A stretch of DNA of 64,000 nt from Tubiluchus corallicola (lineage: Eukaryota > Animalia > Priapulida): assembly GCA_030141605.1 (NCBI GenBank), contig JAQGDQ010000220.1, forward strand, positions 225,786 to 289,785, in the 5' to 3' direction. The position numbers and the translations under genes are program-made. Each line of letters begins with the position of its first letter. Positions within the stretch are counted from its first letter, which is position 1. Positions 61,401 to 64,000 of this stretch are shown piece by piece. The notes under the pieces were generated by a model. It did not search any database and was not told the origin of the DNA. It saw only the letters and a program-made list of their open reading frames with translations.

Positions 61401-63164
61401 ACTCGATTTTTTCCAGTCCATGGTAAACCTGAAATTGATAAAGACTCTGAAATTTTTTACATTACGTTAAGAAACGGGTATTTTTATTCAGCAGTTCTTT
61501 TCATTAACCCATAAATAATGACAGTTTATCGAGTTTAAATTTAAGCAAGAATTATTTAAATTTTAATAACTTTTGTAATTTAGTCAATGAAAAATGCTAT
61601 GAAAAGTTTACAGCCTCTCATATTTCTTAAAGATGTGAATTATTTAAAAATCCACGTACACAGTGCATATCAATCTATTCAGTGTGCTAATTTAGAATTT
61701 TATCTACTAGCTAAAAAATCTGTCTGTCCCCATTTTCTTGATGCATAGAGGATCCTATACAATATTAATTTTGTGCAGCAATATGACAACATTATGCAGC
61801 ATAGTTTCCCACATATCACGGTTTCTGCTAAATCTGTACTTAACAGTAAATTCTTCATTCCTCAAAAACTCCTAAAATGACACTTTTTTATATTTTGGCT
61901 TTTATGCTGTCAGTTCAAACATGGTTTGAAGTTAGTCAGTTCAAACACAGTTCAGTCCATTTCTGATAAGTTATGGAATCCAATGGCATTGCATGAAGTG
62001 AATATAACAGATTTAACAATCTCCCTTTTGAATTTTGTGTAAAAATATCAAAATATTAACCGCATACATTTTAGTTAAATAGATTTCTATTGCATCTGTT
62101 TTCTTTTTGTTTACCTTGTTATAAGAGTTCAATTTGTGCGTGATTAAGCAGAAGGGTTAAAATCTAGCATGTGCCAGCGAGAACGTCATTAACACGGTGA
62201 TGTACTCGCAGTGAAAACTTTGTGATTAGCTATTTAAATGCTTCTTAGACAACCAGGTTAACTGCACTGTAAACATCGTGTATTTACAATTTTGTGTAAG
62301 TGGGGCATTGCTAGCTGCGTACATCAATTCAGAAAAGATTTAAGACTTTGTTAATACGGACATGTAGTAAACACAGCAAGTTTACCAGTCAAGAAAACCG
62401 GTGTGCAGGGATTTTTGCCTGTTTTCGGGCAGATTTACTGGAATTTGACTTTGCTATTCAGTAAGCACTTCCACTAAAATAGTTACCTCTTCTTGAAATG
62501 AAGATGCTGTCCAAACTGTATCAAGCCAATGTATTTTAATTCCTCGAGTTCGATACTCTTCAAACACAAGTTTAGGCATCAATATCTCAGCAGGAGTTTT
62601 GTTTTTAGTTTCCCCAAACAACAGTACTAATTGTTCATAAGTTCTCGGTACAGGTAAACAAACAAAGACATGATCGTCTGGTACATGTTTTCCTATTTCA
62701 CTATTTAGAAAGCAGTTGGAAAAAGTTGTTTGGTTGCTACGAACTGGGGACTGAATCATCATAGCATCCCATTGAAAGTCAAGCAGTACTTCACGAAAGG
62801 CACAACGAAGAACAGATTTAAAATTTTTCTGTTCTGCAGTTCTGTCATTATTCTGACTTCTTGATAATAAATATTTGATTAGTAATTCGTGAAACTCGTT
62901 AAAGTTATGCGCAGAAAATTCACAAAACCTAGAAAGTCTAGTCTTTTTACATTTTTGGATTAAGCTCATGTCAGAAGACAGAATTTTAAAACCCCAGCGA
63001 ACGTGCGCAGAACCACTGTGCACGCGAAAACTCCTTAAACAAAGCAAACATTTTAAAGTATAAAAAGACAGGACGTTTTTAATAACACATCTATCACTAT
63101 CACAAATTTCTGTCCACTCTGAAAAATCGGGTATAATCAGCACGACCTGCGTGATTGCAGACAT
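32368..63164 (-). CDS. TICRR: Treslin/TICRR (TopBP1-interacting replication initiation factor, Sld3 counterpart), complete 19-exon gene, about 1644 aa
   Basis: Exons 63164-62487, 61428-61287, 60834-60745, 55325-55108, 53571-53343, 52133-52031, 50736-50627, 46994-46930, 46604-46466, 45530-45379, 44471-44304, 44118-44036, 43026-42915, 42170-42046, 40733-40640, 40353-40278, 38890-38777, 37991-37851 and 34463-32368 sum to 4935 nt with all phases compatible. Treslin-like motifs (recalled): VRWGFK, LLDFQWD, IHWLDT, RHPSLAE..RQIYIPK, VRRNL, VADTP...VDDSP, SSFY. Confidence 0.9.
34792..37167 (-). mobile_element. Tigger/pogo DNA transposon (2376 bp), decayed
   Basis: TA-flanked imperfect TIRs CAGTATTCCCTCAC / GCGAGTAAACACTG enclose transposase fragments. 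Confidence 0.9.
34986..36826 (-). pseudogene. Frameshifted Tigger-like transposase (CENP-B-type HTH + DDE)
   Basis: ORF pieces in different frames: MPPKR..RKMLTIKQKIELLD..YGINESTVRYI (HTH), MDETGLFWKRMP, LLLMDNAG and FLPPNTTSLIQPMDQGVI, all diagnostic of TIGD/Tigger transposases. Confidence 0.92.
37851..37991 (-). CDS. TICRR: TICRR exon carrying the paired CDK sites (VADTP...VDDSP)
   Basis: LKTKTVADTPARKQ...LAVVDDSPCKP parallels vertebrate VAETP...VEESP (human T969/S1001, recalled). AG/GT bounded, 141 bp. Confidence 0.9.
38472..38612 (-). mobile_element. Short deletion derivative of the hAT-like MITE at 63515-63936
   Basis: TIRs CAGGTGTAAGCAT / ATGCTCACCCCTA. Internal ACCAGAAAGCGAATT is the reverse complement of sequence near 63904-63918. 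Flanked by CACCTTCCAG direct repeats. Confidence 0.7.
38777..38890 (-). CDS. TICRR: TICRR exon (RRVRRNLIGELSPRRSSPRKSPRK)
   Basis: AG/GT bounded, 114 bp, phase 1-1, VRRNL motif. Confidence 0.85.
40278..40353 (-). CDS. TICRR: TICRR exon (DKYTRRVSAFKSP...)
   Basis: TGCAG acceptor and GTATGG donor. Phase 0 to 1 bridges its neighbours. Confidence 0.7.
40640..40733 (-). CDS. TICRR: TICRR exon (TRSFTRHPSLAETQGKRQIYIPKK)
   Basis: AG/GT bounded. Resembles the vertebrate RHKSIAE..RQIEIPK motif (recalled). Confidence 0.88.
41202..41962 (-). mobile_element. pogo/Tc1-like MITE copy 2, internally rearranged
   Basis: TA|CAGTAGGCATCGCTTAATAGACTCAC ... GTGAGTCTATGAAGCGGTGCCTACTG|TA. Mostly the reverse complement of 23449-24452. 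Confidence 0.85.
42046..42170 (-). CDS. TICRR: TICRR exon ending at a GC donor
   Basis: EDTRSSPFADV...SAPVS. AG|GCAAGT is the only consensus-like donor I found in the phase (2) required by the next exon. Confidence 0.72.
42915..43026 (-). CDS. TICRR: TICRR exon (FESSAPLLLVEIYERMGLQLPSSL)
   Basis: TTTTCAG acceptor and GTGAGT donor. Sld3/Treslin-domain-like sequence. Confidence 0.85.
44036..44118 (-). CDS. TICRR: TICRR exon (VAVFLRALSFDDPDFSLAEFLNKQLL)
   Basis: TTTTTAG acceptor, GTAAG donor, LAEFL motif. Confidence 0.87.
44304..44471 (-). CDS. TICRR: TICRR exon (DKVCCALRNHVLK...YKLQLFLLIEL)
   Basis: TTTGCAG acceptor, GTATAT donor, phase 0-0, 168 bp. Confidence 0.85.
44855..45355 (+). mobile_element. 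Dispersed repeat family copy 2 (see 13370)
   Basis: Colinear similarity to 13370-13862, including GCGTGCTTACGGAA and TTATATTTTTCTAAGTTTAAG. Confidence 0.7.
45379..45530 (-). CDS. TICRR: TICRR exon (FVDETELVVHLKEIYETTL)
   Basis: TTCCTAG acceptor and GTATGA donor. Resembles FKTEEELLSYIRENYQKT (recalled). Confidence 0.87.
45775..46211. repeat. Minisatellite, about 10 copies of a 42-44 bp unit (TATGCTTGACAATGAGATGGGTTCAGTGTCTCATCATAGGAT)
   Basis: TATGCTTG recurs at 45798, 45881, 45925, 45969, 46013, 46057, 46101 and 46144. Confidence 0.93.
46466..46604 (-). CDS. TICRR: TICRR exon (VTHRGSAMVNASRRL...)
   Basis: TTTATAG acceptor, GTAAGT donor, open frame, phase 0-1. Confidence 0.8.
46930..46994 (-). 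CDS. TICRR: TICRR small exon (SVFPEIDKCRKLRQQKSMASQ)
   Basis: TTTCAG acceptor, GTAATG donor, phase 1-0. Confidence 0.75.
47553..48209. mobile_element. Possible piggyBac-like MITE
   Basis: TTAA|CTCCTCCAGGAC ... GTCCCGAAAGAG|TTAA (9/12 inverted match, TTAA flanks). Confidence 0.5.
48574..49602. repeat. 49-bp minisatellite, 21 copies
   Basis: The GATATCAAAG core (with minor variants) recurs at 49-bp spacing from 48592 to 49572. Unit is TTTTTCCTGGAGGTGAGTGATATCAAAGTACGCGACTGCTGGGAACACA-like. Confidence 0.97.
50040..50355 (-). mobile_element. 5'-truncated RTE-like LINE fragment (ORF C-terminus)
   Basis: Translates as VSNKDLYDKVKEEKWTWNIKVRRHKWLGHAVRLPED, matching the SNxxLY...IxxRRxxWxGHxxR motif downstream of RT in RTE-type LINEs. 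Confidence 0.72.
50627..50736 (-). CDS. TICRR: TICRR exon (ESLDGSQWKKFLERKRRTKMKRYP)
   Basis: TTATAG acceptor, GTAATG donor, phase 2-1. Confidence 0.75.
51330..51620 (+). mobile_element. Dispersed repeat with a 21-bp perfect internal inverted repeat
   Basis: AGGTCAAAGGTTAAGTGTACC (51360-51380) / GGTACACTTAACCTTTGACCT (51582-51602). Homologous to 54670-55020. Confidence 0.78.
52031..52133 (-). CDS. TICRR: TICRR exon (LSSRKSSLDILDHALPQM...)
   Basis: TTATAG acceptor, GTACTC donor, phase 1-2. Confidence 0.75.
53343..53571 (-). CDS. TICRR: TICRR exon (VVEFNLAEH..HLGVLRPVTSSTAVLTKI)
   Basis: TACAG acceptor in phase 0 and GTAATT donor. GVLRPVTSSTAVLT resembles GVISPLSASAMILT (recalled). Confidence 0.83.
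53929..54454 (-). mobile_element. hAT-like MITE copy 2 (526 bp)
   Basis: Inverted homolog of 531-900 with a perfect 8-bp TSD GTTAATCT (53921-53928 and 54455-54462). Confidence 0.87.
54670..55020 (+). mobile_element. Dispersed repeat copy (family of 51330-51620)
   Basis: Shares CTGTAGGTCAAAGGTTAAGTGT, TTTACTAGCAGGATCTTG, TAGCTAGCTGTTAAAACTGTTACT and GATCATCATCAT. Confidence 0.78.
55108..55325 (-). CDS. TICRR: TICRR exon (TPVCTLQLTSV...NHSWCC...LSHQGELL)
   Basis: TTTTCAG acceptor, GTGAGC donor, phase 1-0. Confidence 0.83.
56808..57821 (+). CDS. Intronless class A (rhodopsin-like) GPCR, 337 aa, nested antisense in TICRR intron 3
   Basis: Seven hydrophobic segments: GN in TM1, ALGD in TM2, Cys at the top of TM3, SVDRY, CWLP in TM6, NSLVNPLIY in TM7, and a helix-8 region followed by Cys. 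First ATG at 56808. Confidence 0.93.
   Translation: MEDANVSAVDYIEEVRNTSKISQNLAELMFNNLALRSYLTGLYSAHLILGLLIVSGNALTILAVFTASKLESSMLMVAIVALGDILIGMSRFFKFILISIDTNYGILADRGPWCWAGMVFGVAGNLISTYGMLLLSVDRYMKIVHPHSSGIKVKHVIMVGIAIISFSVTYSLIPVFTTWNELGEKGYPKDIFKTMLCLLGPAAKSSALLSTLLFLTAMLSSITLYVAIYTRVWKSQQIKAKMSKSGSMGSNSKALQTIILVVATYVLCWLPQLIYLVLAGRRIGLIYFWYLYPILNCILTFNSLVNPLIYMIRIPSIRNQLKQMFCKRMSQVGVENT
57874..58173. mobile_element. Possible PIF/Harbinger-like MITE just downstream of the GPCR stop
   Basis: TAA|CGGCACATTCAGATTAGCGA ... TCGCTAGCCTGAATTTACCA|TAA (imperfect 20-bp TIR, TAA flanks). Confidence 0.55.
58852..59367 (+). mobile_element. Dispersed repeat family copy 3 (see 13370)
   Basis: Shares GCTTATTTCAAGG, TCACTTTAA..ATCATTTCACACTTGGG and CCACCAATGA.GTCATT. 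Ends in CCTTTAA. Confidence 0.62.
60745..60834 (-). CDS. TICRR: TICRR exon 3
   Basis: TTTACAG acceptor, GTAAGT donor, open frame, phase 1-1. Confidence 0.75.
61287..61428 (-). CDS. TICRR: TICRR exon 2 (VYHGLEKIESSITMLNGHILPTS)
   Basis: TTTCAG acceptor and GTATGT donor. GHILP resembles GTVLP (recalled). Confidence 0.83.
62487..63164 (-). CDS. TICRR: TICRR exon 1 (Treslin N-terminal domain)
   Basis: ATG at 63164 (MSAITQVVLII). Contains HVRWGFKILSS, EVLLDFQWD..IQSP, VFVCLPVP and IHWLDT. GAG|GTAACT donor. Confidence 0.9.
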
Positions 63165-63194
63165 CCTTTTATAGAGCTCATACAAATCAGATGA

Positions 63195-63205
63195 TTCCGC
63201 GCCAA
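63195..63205. promoter_or_regulatory. E2F-like site TTCCGCGCCAA, 31 bp upstream of the TICRR ATG
   Basis: Close to the E2F consensus TTSSCGCCAA. Replication-initiation genes are typical E2F targets. Confidence 0.55.
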
Positions 63206-63514
63206 GTTCTCATTAATTCTTCAAAATTAAACACAAACGTTTTTACTTAACCTTATTAACTTTACCGCCATGAACAAACTATCCCAACAGCCGATAAGGC
63301 TTCGTGACATAAAAGACCGATAAATATCTCATTTCATTTCTTGTTTATTGCAAGAACATTTTATTGAATGCGCACTCACTCAACTAGTGGTGGCAGTTCA
63401 ACGCTCATGCAGATCAATTTCGAGCATACTGGATAGCAGTAACTTGTGTTGGCTGTCACTGCAAAATTTAGCCGAACAAGATTTGAATACATTTGTCGAT
63501 GGAGCCTTAACTAG

Positions 63515-63936
63515 CAGGGGTAAGCATCGTTTGGTGAAATTCGAACGTTCGAATTCGATTCGAACGAGTTTTTTTTAGTTCGAACTCGACTCGAACCTAA
63601 AATTATAAATTCTAATAATTCAGCACTTCAGCCACGTACGTTCCTTATCATTAGAACTTTTGTAACTTCATGTAATTAGCACAACTTACCTGTAATTTCT
63701 GTGCACAATTTTTAAATAAATTATTAGTGGTTTTGCTGCAGAACAAAATCGAATAATATGCATAATCTCTGAAGACTGCTTTTTACTGGTATTTCGAGAA
63801 CTTCTTCAAAAATCTTTCAAACAGGATCTGAATTCGATTCGAATTCGAAATCCTGAAATTTGGATCGGTTCGAATTCAAAGGTCACAAATTCGTTTCGAT
63901 TTGAATTCGCTTTCTGGTAAAGAATGCTCGGCCATA
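63515..63936 (+). mobile_element. hAT-like MITE rich in TTCGAA motifs, upstream of TICRR
   Basis: CAGGGGTAAGCAT ... ATGCTCGGCCATA with 8-bp flanks TTAACTAG / TTAGCTAG (one mismatch). Confidence 0.7.
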
Positions 63937-64000
63937 TTAGCTAGCTCTGGTGGGAGATTGACCATCATTACCAACTCTATTTTTGTATAATTTTAGTTGT

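Overview
AT-rich, intron-rich eukaryotic (invertebrate metazoan) genomic DNA, not prokaryotic. Two large genes lie in tandem on the minus strand. (1) A complete 19-exon Treslin/TICRR gene (ATG 63164 to stop 32368, 1,644 aa by my hand splice model, every junction phase-compatible, one GC-AG intron). (2) The 5' half of an ash1/ASH1L-like histone methyltransferase gene (putative promoter near 30.8 kb; coding exons 26433-24763, 11540-6577 and 6292-6212; no SET domain is visible, so it presumably lies left of the window). An intronless class-A GPCR is nested antisense in TICRR intron 3, and a frameshifted Tigger/pogo transposon sits in the last TICRR intron. Introns carry many MITEs (hAT-, pogo-, piggyBac- and Harbinger-like), an RTE-like LINE fragment and two minisatellites (49 bp x21; 42-44 bp x~10). 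I found no convincing novel biological system. The best leads are the nested orphan GPCR, a duplicated KKLF/SP module in Treslin, a template-switch-rearranged MITE, and YY1/GAGA motif clusters plus a uORF around ash1. Homology calls rest on remembered motifs, not database searches.
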